The notes under the pieces are model-generated. The model was not told the origin of the DNA. It ran no database searches and saw nothing but the letters and a program-made list of their open reading frames with translations. A DNA stretch of 64,000 bases from assembly GCF_001194135.2 (NCBI RefSeq), contig NC_068994.1:4935607-4999606 (forward strand). Reading direction: 5' to 3'. Shown here piece after piece: positions 38,277-50,174 of the stretch. A program made the translations under genes and the position numbers. Within the stretch, counting starts at the first letter, position 1; each line of letters opens with the position of its first letter. The stretch comes from Octopus bimaculoides. Lineage: Eukaryota.

Positions 38277-38689
38277 ATAGGTGGATAAACAGACCGACAG
38301 ATAGATAGATAAATAAGAATCCCTGGCGCACAGACAGACAAAGTGGGGGAAGGGGTAGCCAGCGGACAGTGAGGGGACGTGATATGACAAGAGGAGAGTG
38401 AGTCTATAGGAACAAATATGTCAAGCCTTCCACTATACACTATTCACTCTTCCCTGCTGTATATATTGGTCCCCTGCCTTTTTCCCCCACTCTGGGATCT
38501 GGGCGAGTGAAGCAGGGGCAGATGATACCGAGTATTAAGTGATGTGAGAGGTGGTTAATAGCTGGGGCGTAGGGGTGATAAAGAATTTACACACCATTCC
38601 TTAGCAATGCTAGGAAAGTCGGAAGACTCCGGAAGGTGGTTGTGGTGATGGTGGTAGCTGTAATAGTAGCCGTAGTGGTCGTAGATATT

Positions 38690-38885
38690 TTTTTTAACTC
38701 GGCAATCACTGGGTGGTAGACCTATGATGAAAGACATTCCAAGCATGACCATCTTAATGTTTAAATCATAGAAAATAGGCTGGACTACATTGAAATTTTA
38801 AACGTATCCTCTTTTTTTCAAGATATGAGATAGTGATTTGAGGGAATTTGACTACTATGTCTAGCAGGTTGACTAACCACGGATA
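38690..38885 (-). mobile_element. Family D copy
   Basis: gacctatgatgaaagacattccaagcatgaccatc..gtgatttgagggaatttgactactatgtctagcagg. Confidence 0.7.
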
Positions 38886-39519
38886 GGCTCAGGAGAAGAT
38901 AGAGGAAGAGATTGTGGTGATAGCAGTGCTGTAGTGGTAACAGTGAGGTGGTGGTGGTGGTGGTGGTAGTGTGATGGTAGTGATGATGGTGGACCTGGTA
39001 GTGGTGGTAGTGGTGGTGGCAGTAATGATATTGTGCAGATGGCAAAATTGGTGCTGGTGGTAGTAGTAGTGATGGTGGAGGTGGCGATGGTGGTGGTGGT
39101 AATAGAGATTATGGTGGAAGTAAGTCTGTGTGTGTGTGTGTGTATGTTTGTGTGGTGTTATTAAATATCTCAGGGGTGCTTGTGGTGGTGGTGGTACATG
39201 GGTTGCTAGTGTAAGCTGAATGAAACAGCAAATGGTGTTGGTGGTTGTGATTATGTTTGTAGTGCTGCTGCTGCTGACGTTTCATCCCAGGTCACAGAAA
39301 CTTATGATCAGAGACACTCCAACCATGACCATCATTTAATGAGTATGTCTTGTGTCCTTTCCTTATTCAAAAGGTTAGAGTGTTCCTTAGAGGAGAATTG
39401 GCACTCTTACAATTCTTCCAGTTCCCCACCTCACAAATCTTCCAGTAATATCATGGATACAAGTTAATAATGCTCAAACGAGGTGGATCCCTGTTAGTTT
39501 CGACAATGACAATTCAATA

Positions 39520-39815
39520 GTTCAGCTAACTGAATTAACATGCAAGTGGCAGAGTATTCCACAGACATGTGTGCCTTTAATATAATTCCCAAGCAGAATC
39601 TGTGCGATACAGTGAGCAACAAAGCCATTCTATTAGAGTTACAGGTACAATCCATCCAATGGGCTTCTATGTAGTTTCTGTCTTTTCAGTTTTCCTCATA
39701 AAGCATAGGTTAGCCTGAAGCCAGAGAAAATGACATTTGACCAAGTTGCCACAATGTGGGATTGAACCCGGGATCTTATGGTTGTAAAGCAAACAGCTCC
39801 ACTGTTTGGCCATAC
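39520..39815 (-). mobile_element. CORE-like SINE with the long tail seen at 25330 and 60545-60690
   Basis: gagtattccacagacatgtg..gtaatt motif plus head gggattgaacccggg. Confidence 0.65.
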
Positions 39816-41390
39816 TGTGTCTACTTGATTCCAGTAATTGAGTTAACTCTTTTGTTACTATATTTCAGTTGAAATACATTGCCTTGATTTCAATTAATTT
39901 TTTTTTTTTTAGAATAATGAAAAATCTAGTAAAATCACTTGTTATAATTATACAGGTGTAAGGCAGTGAACTGACAAGATTGTTAGCATGTCGGCTAATT
40001 AAACAGGTGTTAAACACACACATCCATATTCTCATACACAAACATGCATTTATATATGTGCATGCATGCTCACCCTCATAGAATGTACATACATATTTAT
40101 AGACTTCCACATCTACAAAAGTATATGCATGCACATGCAGATATGATACAAATGCATGCACACACACACATATAAACATGTGCATATGTACCAAGTGGTC
40201 TTATAACATCAAATTTTTGTTATATTCTAATGTTAAATACTGCTGTCCTCTTATCTTCAAACTAAGCCTGTCCTTTTTTTTAAATGGCATTCAATTTTGG
40301 AGAATTCTTGATTATTGAGATTATCTCCCCTTATCAAGTGGAGCTGGTATTAACCCATATATATATACCCCTGGTTGTGTTTTCACGATGCAAAACTTGC
40401 TCCAACTTGTTTGGTTATGAATTCGCTGGGAAGTCATAAACCAGGGATCCCTTGATTTTGAGAAGTTTAGCGAAAGCAATGTTGTTGTCCTTTCACTGTT
40501 CAACCTTTCTGTGTAAATGGATATCTTCCACGAGTAACTTCATCATGTCACACTTCCAGTCTTGCAGTGTCTCCAAAATATCACAACCTAATCTCCTTCA
40601 CAGTATCAAAATACAGTTTGCCACACACATAAAGGTATTTGGAAGGGCAGCCAGCCTTAGAAACAATGCCAAAACAGACAATGGGATATGATTCAGTTCC
40701 TGGGCATATATGGATTAATTGCCATTTGGCAATTATGGTACATCCTCTAGAGGTGGAGATAATTTTAATAAACTAACATTTTATGGTGTATGGTATTTGA
40801 CATACCTATATTTGTCTATATCATTCAAATACATCCCTCAAGAGACTAAGTTTTTTTCTCCAAGCTTATTTGTGTTTAAATTGTATGTCATTGTCACGAC
40901 TGATTCCACCACCATTTTAGTGTCCACTTTTCCATGCTTTTGTTGCTCAGGCAGAATTTTGTTGAAGTGGATTGTATATGGTCAGATGCCCTTTTTCTTG
41001 TCAACCCTCACCTGTTTCCAAGTGATGTGATACTTCCCTATGACCAGACATCATTTCAAATAACATAGAAAACAAAGGACACTGCTTGCATAATGCTAAC
41101 ACCTGCTTACAACTATCCTGTGATATTAAAGCAAGGGAATAGTGCAACACACACATATACACATATCAAAACAGGAGATTGGAAAAAAATTTTGGGTATA
41201 ATTTTTTCCAGTCTCCCGTTTTCATATGCAATTACTCAGCAAATACCATTTTCTAGTATTTTTCAATTCTTATTCATGCCTCACACAATTATATAACATC
41301 TACATACAACCTTAGAATATGTAGATGTGCTTCACAAGGACATACCTTGGACTATAAACCAATCTGCATCCCATATAATANNNNNNNNNN

Positions 41391-41423
<33 letters not shown>

Positions 41424-41689
41424 CATATATATACATAATACTATATATATGTATATGTATATATATATATATGATATGTCACAGCAGTTGTGCAACTTCT
41501 TTGGGCATATATTCTAGGTTATCAAAGAGTGTTGCTCAAGGAGCTGACTTGTATGTATGTATGTATGTATATATGCATGTATGTATGTATGTATATATGC
41601 ATGTTTGTATGCATGTATGTATATATGTATATATGCATGTATGTATGCATGTATGTATATATGCATGCAGGCAAACAAAAAAGCATGCA

Positions 41690-41850
41690 TGTTTGTTTGT
41701 ATACAACAAGCTTCTTTCACTTCCTGCCAACCAAATCCACTCACAGGGCTCTGGTTGGCCTGGGGCCTTATTAGAAGACACTTAGCCAAGGTGCTACACA
41801 GTAAGACTGAACCCAGAACCATGTGGTTGGGAAGCAAACTTCTTACCATC
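41690..41850 (-). mobile_element. SINE family B; an ATGT/ATGC minisatellite (41540-41670) fills its internal repeat slot
   Basis: aagcttctttcacttcc..ccaaatccactcacaggg..gaacccagaaccatgtggttgggaagcaaacttcttacca. Confidence 0.8.
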
Positions 41851-42159
41851 CATTTCTACACACGCACACACGCATGCCTACATACATATATACATCAGTG
41901 CTTTTTGCTGATGAGAGAGTTAGACGGGTTTTGCACCTTTTATTTGAAAGGTGACAGAAATTTGAAGAAAAAGTCTCAAGTAATATGATCCAGTAGGCAA
42001 CATAGATTGACCTTTATTTGAACCTGCAAACCACATATTTAAAAAAAAAAAAAAGAAAAGGAAAGACAAAATGATGGAGACAACATTTTTGTTTTGTTTT
42101 TTGGTCTTTCTTTGATTTTTATTTGTTTGTTTATTTTAATCTGATACCAACCACAGTTT

Positions 42160-42480
42160 TATAACATAACACTACACACATTTCTGCTGGCTTTCACCGT
42201 TGTCCTTGTCATCGTCGTCGTCGTCATCATCATCATCACCATCATTGTTACTCTCATCATCATCTTCACCCTCATCCTTGTCATCATCACCTTTGCAATC
42301 CCTATTGCCATTGTCATTGGTTTCATTATTATCCCCATCATCATCCTTGTCATCATCATCATTGCCACCACCATTGTCACCACTCACTCACACTATTACC
42401 ATCACGAACAGCATTACAACCTCTTCTCCACCACTTACACTTTCTCATTATCATCATCATCATCATCATCATCACACCAT
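42160..42480. repeat. (CAT)n-derived low-complexity tract
   Basis: Direct reading. A similar (GAT)n tract lies at 47105-47470. Confidence 0.9.
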
Positions 42481-42705
42481 TGTGAGAATGGATGGCTCAA
42501 TTAGAAGTCATGTCATAACAATGTCCTTTATCTGTAGCACAGGTGGTAGTGTGCTGTGTTAGTGATTTAACTATATTTTGTTCGAAACTTTCCTGATAAG
42601 AGTTCAAATTCTATTCAGGACCAATTTTGCATTTCATATCCTGCACACCTTTTTTATTTATTTATTTATTTATTTCTACCAGTAATAAACTAAATATCAG
42701 TCATA

Positions 42706-42912
42706 CAATGGTGGAATCGTTAGCTCGCCAGGCAAAATGCTTAGTGGCATTTCATCTGTCTTGATGTTCTGAGTTCAAATTCCACCAAGGTTGACTTAGC
42801 CTTTCATCCTTTTTGGGGTCGATAAATTAGGTAGCAGTCAAGTACTGGGGTCAATGTAATCAACTTAACCCTCCCCCAAAATTTCAGGCCTTGTACCTTG
42901 AGTAGGAAAGCT
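42706..42912 (+). mobile_element. SINE family A
   Basis: gaatcgttagc..gagttcaaattccacc..cctttcatccttttggggtcgataaatt..ggccttgtacc. Confidence 0.85.
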
Positions 42913-43518
42913 TATTATTATTATTGTTTTAGTTTGGCTCAGGTTTGGTCTTAATTCTGATAGGATTTATGTGGGTAGCGGATTACTACGTGTAACCTTA
43001 GTTATCCACAAGTTTTCAGCAATCTTTCAAGTGCTTAGAACCCTCCTGATAATCCTTACTGTCCCTAAGAGACAAACTTTCTGTAGGAATTCTCTACCGG
43101 GAATTCTATTCCAATCTCCTTCAGCCATTTGTCTAGATCTTTGCTTACTGTTCCAATGCACCAATTATTACAGCCATGGCCTTTATGTGTTCTCACGCTC
43201 CAAATTCTTCCTAGTTCAAATTTTAAGGGATTTTACTTTCTGTGTTTCTCATTCTCTTTCTTAATTATCATTATCGTTTACATTGTTGCATTGCTTTATA
43301 TGAAGCTGTTCCTACTCTCACCCAGAGATATCAAGTAACAGCAAGTTGGAGGGATAAAATCGACCTTGGCAGCATTTGAACTCACAATATGCAGAGCTGG
43401 AGAAATACCACTAAGTGTTTTGACCAGAACACTAATGATTTTACCAGTTTGCTATTTTAATAATATTAATAATAATGATAATAATAATAATAATAATAAT
43501 TATTATTATTATTATTAT

Positions 43519-43738
43519 TATTTCTACTCTAGGCACAAGACCTTGAAAATTTTTTGGGAAAGGGGTCTAGTCGATTAGATTGATCCCAATAGGCAACTGG
43601 TACTTAATTTATTGACCCCCGAAAGGATGAAAGGCAAAGTCGACCTTGGCGGAATTTGAACTCAGAATGTAGCAGCTGACGAAATACTTCTAAGCATTTC
43701 GCCTGGTGTGCTAACGATTCTGCCAGCTCGCCGCCTTA
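43519..43738 (-). mobile_element. SINE family A, full length, in (TAA)n; truncated heads at about 43345-43440 and 43815-43895
   Basis: Reverse strand aaggcggcgagctggcagaatcgttagc..gagttcaaattccgcc..agagtagaaa. Confidence 0.9.
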
Positions 43739-43758
43739 ATAATAATAATGATAATAAT

Positions 43759-43791
<33 letters not shown>

Positions 43792-43957
43792 TATAATAAA
43801 GACAATAATGATAATGCAGAATTTGAACTCGGAACATGAAGATGGATGAAATTCTGCTAAGCATTTTGTCCAGAATGCAAATGATTCTGCCAGATCAACA
43901 CCTTGATAACAATAACAACAACAACAACAACAACAACAACGATGATGATGATGATGA

Positions 43958-44816
43958 TAAAAGCATGGAAGGAAAAAAATGTACGGTCAGTTTGCAAGAG
44001 ATGTGAACATCAAGACAGATACAGAGGACCGGTGGCTATAGACGAGGAGCAGTGACCTAAAGATAGAGGCAGAAGCACTTATATGCATGGCTCAAGAACA
44101 AACGTTAAGGACCAACTAAGTGAAGTGCAGAATAGTCAACACTACCAACAGCAACAAATGCAGAATGTATGGTGAGAGGGGTGAAACGGTATGGCACATT
44201 GTTAGCGAATGCCCGAAATTGGCACAACACGAATACAAAAGACGCCAAGTGGTAAGAATGATCCATTGGGAGCTCTGTGGAAACCACAGCCTACAAAGAA
44301 CAAAGACGTGGTGTGAGAAAACCCCGGAAGGAGTCACTGAGAATGAGAACTGCAAAATCCTGCGGGATGCAATGATCCAGTGCGATCAGCTGACTGGACA
44401 TCGGAAACCAGACATTGTTGGGGTAAATAAAAAAGAAAGAACATGTATGATAATCAACATAGCATGCCCCAGTGACAACAAACAGGATCAATGTGAAAGA
44501 AGACAAAAAAATAAACAACTAGGACGATTTGAAGCGGGAAATACGAAGGTTGTGGTCAAAGAGGAGAGCAGATGTGATACCAATTGTAATTAGTGCACTT
44601 GGAAGTATCAGCACTCAGCTACCAACATGGCTGAAAAAGACTGGTACAAATGTAAAGATGGAACACCTACAAAAATCAGTATTGCTTAGAACTACAAGAA
44701 TTCTTGGCAGGGTTCTTGAAGCATGACCAGTAAACAAGGGTCACCTTAGTCTGCTGGCTGTGGACAGCTGACACTTTCCATCATAAACAGCAATATAAGC
44801 GATGAGCTTTCATCAC
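43958..44816 (+). mobile_element. 5'-truncated R4/Dong-clade non-LTR retrotransposon (CCHC knuckle, restriction-like endonuclease, 3'UTR)
   Basis: WKEKKMYGQF..DLKIEAEALICMAQEQTLRTN..KCRMYGERGETVWHIVSECPKLAQHEYKRR..RKPDIV..CMIINIACP..LKREIRRLW..VIPIVISALG..LQKSVLLRTTRILGRVL, with stops and frameshifts. Ends directly on (TAA)n. Confidence 0.9.
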
Positions 44817-44852
<36 letters not shown>

Positions 44853-45780
44853 NNNNNNNNNNNNNNNNNNNNNNNNNNNNNNNNNNNNNNNNNNNNNNNN
44901 NNNNNNNNNNNNNNNNNNNNNNNNNNNNNNNNNNNNNNNNNNNNNNNNNNNNNNNNNNNNNNNNNNNNNNNNNNNNNNNNNNNNNNNNNNNNNNNNNNNN
45001 NNNNNNNNNNNNNNNNNNNNNNNNNNNNNNNNNNNNNNNNNNNNNNNNNNNNNNNNNNNNNNNNNNNNNNNNNNNNNNNNNNNNNNNNNNNNNNNNNNNN
45101 NNNNNNNNNNNNNNNNNNNNNNNNNNNNNNNNNNNNNNNNNNNNNNNNNNNNNNNNNNNNNNNNNNNNNNNNNNNNNNNNNNNNNNNNNNNNNNNNNNNN
45201 NNNNNNNNNNNNNNNNNNNNNNNNNNNNNNNNNNNNNNNNNNNNNNNNNNNNNNNNNNNNNNNNNNNNNNNNNNNNNNNNNNNNNNNNNNNNNNNNNNNN
45301 NNNNNNNNNNNNNNNNNNNNNNNNNNNNNNNNNNNNNNNNNNNNNNNNNNNNNNNNNNNGTAGTGATGATGATGATGATAATAAAGATGTTAGTGATTAT
45401 AGTGATATGTTTGGTGTGCACTGGTGAAGAAAATGTTTATGCCGATGATGATGGTGGTGGTGTTAATGATGATAATGATGATGACTTTTCTAAATAAATA
45501 ATTCAAGTTAAATGAGTATATTGTTAATGAGATAAGGATAAAGATGATGATCCTGGTGGTGGCGGTGGTGGTGCCTCAGTAGTAAATAATTAAGGTTAAC
45601 TAATTATGCTATTAAAGATAAAGATAAGGGTGATGACGATAATGATAATACAATAGTGATGTATGTGTTAGTGTCTGTATACAGGCACAGATATATATAT
45701 ATGCATGCATTCATATACATACATGTATGAATACATGTATGTATACCTATGCACACACACAAAACACAAATGCACACATA

Positions 45781-45821
<41 letters not shown>

Positions 45822-45838
45822 ATTATATATGTGTGCGT

Positions 45839-46060
45839 AAGGTGGCGGCGAGCTGGCAGAATCGTTAGCATGCCAGGAAAAATGCTCAGTGGCATTTCGT
45901 CTGTCTTTACATTCTGAGTTCGAATTCTGCCAAGGTCGACTTTGCCTTTCATCCTTTTGGGGATGATAAATTAAGTACCAGTTATGCACTGGTGTCGATG
46001 AAATCGACTAGTCCCCTCCCCCAAAATTCCAGGCCTTGTGCCTATAGTAAAAGGGATTAT
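45839..46060 (+). mobile_element. SINE family A, full length
   Basis: ggcggcgagctggcagaatcgttagc, gagttcgaattc B box, body and tail aagggattat. Confidence 0.9.
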
Positions 46061-46321
46061 ATGTGTGTGTGTGTGTGAGTTGTATGAACATATTTGTCTG
46101 TACATATATATTTATCTGCATGCATTTGTGTGTGTGTATGTTATTGACTGTGTGCTTGTTTGCATGCATCTGTGTGTGTATAGATGCGTGTGCGTGTGTG
46201 TGCATGTGTGTGTTTAATATAGGAACAAAATACACAAAAACAGCAAAATAACAACAACAACAACAATACAAACAATGAAACATAAGTGTTTAAACTTAAA
46301 TGTTTACCTCTAGATATTAGA

Positions 46322-46483
46322 GGGACATCTGGGAAGATACCTCCAGGTAATAGTGAGACATTAAGATAGCTCCGTATATTAGGAAGGTGGGACATCTGGA
46401 AGATACCTCCAGATGGTAGTGAGACATTTGAAAGATGGATACATATGTTAGGTTAGTGGGACATCTGGAAAACACCTCCAGGT
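46322..46483. repeat. Three tandem 67-69 bp units starting GGGACATCTGG(A/G)A
   Basis: Unit starts at 46322, 46389 and 46458. Confidence 0.85.
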
Positions 46484-46834
46484 GTTAGCAATATTAGCAG
46501 AGCATCTAAAACTGAATTTCTCAACCACTTTTTATCTATGGACCCCCTTTGGTTACTATTTTATTCTGGTGGACCCCCATAGCCATTCAATGTTTAAAAA
46601 CTAACTTTATAGAAACTGCTTTTATTTAATGAAGATACACCAATGTATTTCTAAGATAAATAAAAACTCGGTTTTTGGACGTTGGGCAGTTGTGCATACG
46701 ATAACTATGGCAGCATCTGGCAATGAAGGCCTCCCTCAGACCCAGGCATCCACTGCCTGCCACTGTCTGCCACTCAGTCGCTTTCAAGCATTAGTTGCGT
46801 TTGAATGAAAATAGTGTTGCAAAATATAAATCCG

Positions 46835-46895
46835 ACATACGACCAGATCGACTTACGACCTGTCGACTGGAAAGGAATTCAGTTGTAAGTCAATG
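46835..46895. mobile_element. Tigger/pogo-like MITE terminal remnant
   Basis: atcgacttacgacc..tcgactggaaaggaattcagttgtaagtca resembles Tigger-type TIR pairs (cgacttacgac / gtcgtaagtcg). Confidence 0.35.
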
Positions 46896-48669
46896 TTTTT
46901 GTTATTGCCAGCATTTAGGATATTAAACATAATACTATTCTACAGATAATGAAAATTTGGGGACCACTTCGTCTATTGCACTTGTTCTTTTATGGGCTCT
47001 CAATGGTTTTAGTCTGAAAATGGTTTTAATTCTAAAAATGGTTTTAGGTATTTACTAAATTTTAGGATCTGTCCAACATTTTAGTATTTTAATTATCATA
47101 TGATGCAGCTGATGGCGCATGTGATAACAACGAAGTGGCAGTGGTGGCAGTAATGGTAATAATGGTGATGTCAACAATAAAGACAATGATGCTGACAGCA
47201 CTAATGATGCTGATGATGATGATGAAGATTATGATGATGATGATGATGATGATGACGATGATGGGCAATGACAGTAGTGATGACAACAGTGGCAATGAAG
47301 ACAGGAATGGTGGTAACAATGATGACAGTAAGAATGATAATGAAGATGAAAATGACAATAATAATAACGATGACATTGCAGATGATGACAATGATGATGA
47401 CATTGCAGATGATGACAATGATGACAAAAACCTGCGTAGAGAACAACAACAACAACAACACAGTTGTCCAAGTCGTAGTAGAGAAGTTGTCGTTTGTACA
47501 AAGTATAAGAAAATGAAAATCCTTTTAAACTTTGAAAATACTTTTTTGAATCAATTAAGAGATCAAAGTGGACAGAGGTTAATTACTGATTAAAACAATC
47601 ATTTTTTGATTATTAAACAATGGCTCTTGTATATTGAGACGTTCTGATAATCATTGATTGGTCAGTTCAATAATTGAATTTGTAACCCAATTTGAAAGTT
47701 TGAAATGGATCCACACTTCTAGATGGTCATTGATTGGTCAATCTATATTGTGTGACCATAATGCATAAATTCTAATGCAGCAAAACAACCAATTACCTAA
47801 TAATTTCTGGCAGATCAATCCAATATTTTCTAACCATAATTAAAAAACAAACTGTACCAAGATTCTAAGTAATGTCTGGCAGTTCGCTCCAATATTTTGA
47901 GACTGTAATTCCATACATATTTTCCAGTAACTGTAATTCAGTCTAAAAGCATGAGGAGGAAATATTAATTGCTTTTGACTCCACACACAGGCCAATATTT
48001 TAAAAAGAAGTCTAATAATACAGATGGTTTGTGTCAACTCACATACATTATTGATATCTATTTCATCAACATTGAACTAATGAAGGCAAGCAGATTTTTC
48101 CCCAGCTGAATCTGAAGAGAGTCAGATCAGGAAAGTGTTAAACTGGATTCTCAGGAAAGCATCTAGCACAAAGTTTGAGTATCTTGGCCAAACTCACTAC
48201 ACAGGGACCATGGGTTTAAATATGAAAATAAATTTTGGAAATTTATTGAAAAGATTAAGTTTGACTAGTAGATTTACTCTTTCACTCAGTTCAACACCAC
48301 AGCCTGGCTTTCTAGTGCCTTTAGCAGAGTCTAATCTATTTCTCAAGCATTTTGGCCAGTTCTCTGGTTTAAGGATATCTTCCTTTCTCCCCCTCATCAG
48401 TCTCATAGGCCCTATAAAGGGTCATGGTCACTGCTCTTTCCTCCAGATAAAAAAAAAACAAACTTAGTCTCACATCTAGTTATAGGGTATCTTTTGTGGA
48501 GTCATTCTTATTGCAAGCATTCAGGCCAGCTCTATGGTTTGAGGATATTTTCCTCCTTCCCATCAGTTTCGGAGACCCTGAGACGGGGGTCATAGATGTT
48601 GCCTTTCTTCTTCTAAACCATTGAAAAGAAAAAATTTAAAAAATAAAGAAACAACATAGGATTTAAGAA

Positions 48670-48865
48670 CAAGGGGCTGTTGTTATGAGGCCCAGGATAA
48701 TTCTAATTCAAGAAACCTATGAGCAATGGCATTCCAGCCATGACCATCATGTCTTTTTATGAACTACATTATTCAATATGTCTCTCATCTTTTAAGAAGG
48801 TAATGTGCAATTTGAGGGAAATTTGGCTGCTGTTTCTAGCAACTTAAGAAGCCCTGTAGAGAACA
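48670..48865 (-). mobile_element. Family D copy
   Basis: gacctatgagcaatggcattccagccatgaccatc..gcaatttgagggaaatttggctgctgtttctagca. Confidence 0.7.
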
Positions 48866-49679
48866 AGCTTAACAAAGTCCTCTTTGTTTTATGCTCACCT
48901 GTATAACTAATTTAGGCCTACATAATTGATACCATTGAGGAAGGGCATTAATTATGTAAGCAAAGTGAAACTTCATACAATCTCATTCATTATACTGTCT
49001 CTGTAAAATTTTATATATTCACGTGTGCTTATGTTTGTGTGTGTGTGTATGGAAGGTTGGTATTATTGACGGAAGCATTGTGAGATCGAACACTGCCACA
49101 GCCATTGTCATGTGTCGTTAAGCAAGACACATCACTCTACCTAAAACACAACAGTATAAAACACTAGAATGGACATTGAACTGTGAAAATAATACTCGCT
49201 TGAACAATTCAACAATTAACCTCAGGTAATTCCAGCTAACTTCAGGTACATTACAGCCGTCGGTGGCTCGGATCATGGCTAACTTAGTAGCTCCACAGGA
49301 TTAGCATCTAAATTTGCAGGAAAAAGAAAAGTAAATAAATAAACACAAAAACCTCCCTACCCCCATCCAAGCCAGCATGAACAAATGGACATAAAAGAGT
49401 GAAAAAATACAACAAAAACAAAAAGGAAAGGAAGTAAAAGAAGAGCAAGAAGAAGAAGAAGATGGAGAAGCTTCCGCTTAGCACAGTTATTTCAGTTTCT
49501 AAAGGATGTGTTTTATAAATGAGTGCAGATTAGGTACATCAGTCTGCACTGTTAATATTAGGGTCTACACTATAGTTCAGTTCACATGTTTACATGTAAC
49601 ATAGAAATATGGGCTTTTGGTAAACTAACACTGTGAGGCAATGAGAAATGGAAAAGGGTGATGTTTGTAAGGTCATGTC

Positions 49680-49729
<50 letters not shown>

Positions 49730-49737
49730 CACACACG

Positions 49738-49768
<31 letters not shown>

Positions 49769-49812
49769 TTAAAATGCAGAGATGCCTATAATAGGACATC
49801 TACCCTATAATT

Positions 49813-49856
<44 letters not shown>

Positions 49857-49894
49857 GTATATATATATGTATATAGATATATGTGGGTGGGTGT

Positions 49895-49934
<40 letters not shown>

Positions 49935-50054
49935 NNNNNNNNNNNNNNNNNNNNNNNNNNNNNNNNNNNNNNNNNNNNNNNNNNNNNNNNNNNNACATGT
50001 CCAACACACATACATGCACATATGTATATCTGCATATATATATATATATGAATG

Positions 50055-50100
<46 letters not shown>

Positions 50101-50174
50101 TATATATATATATGAATGCACTATATAAATTGTGTGGTATTAATTTGAATTAAAATTAAATTCACTAATTGTCT

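Noticed and set aside
42172-42387. Asp-rich ORFs (also 47135-47593) resembling acidic or biomineral proteins
   Set aside because: They are degenerate (GAT)n tracts open in several frames on both strands, with no signal peptide or splice context.
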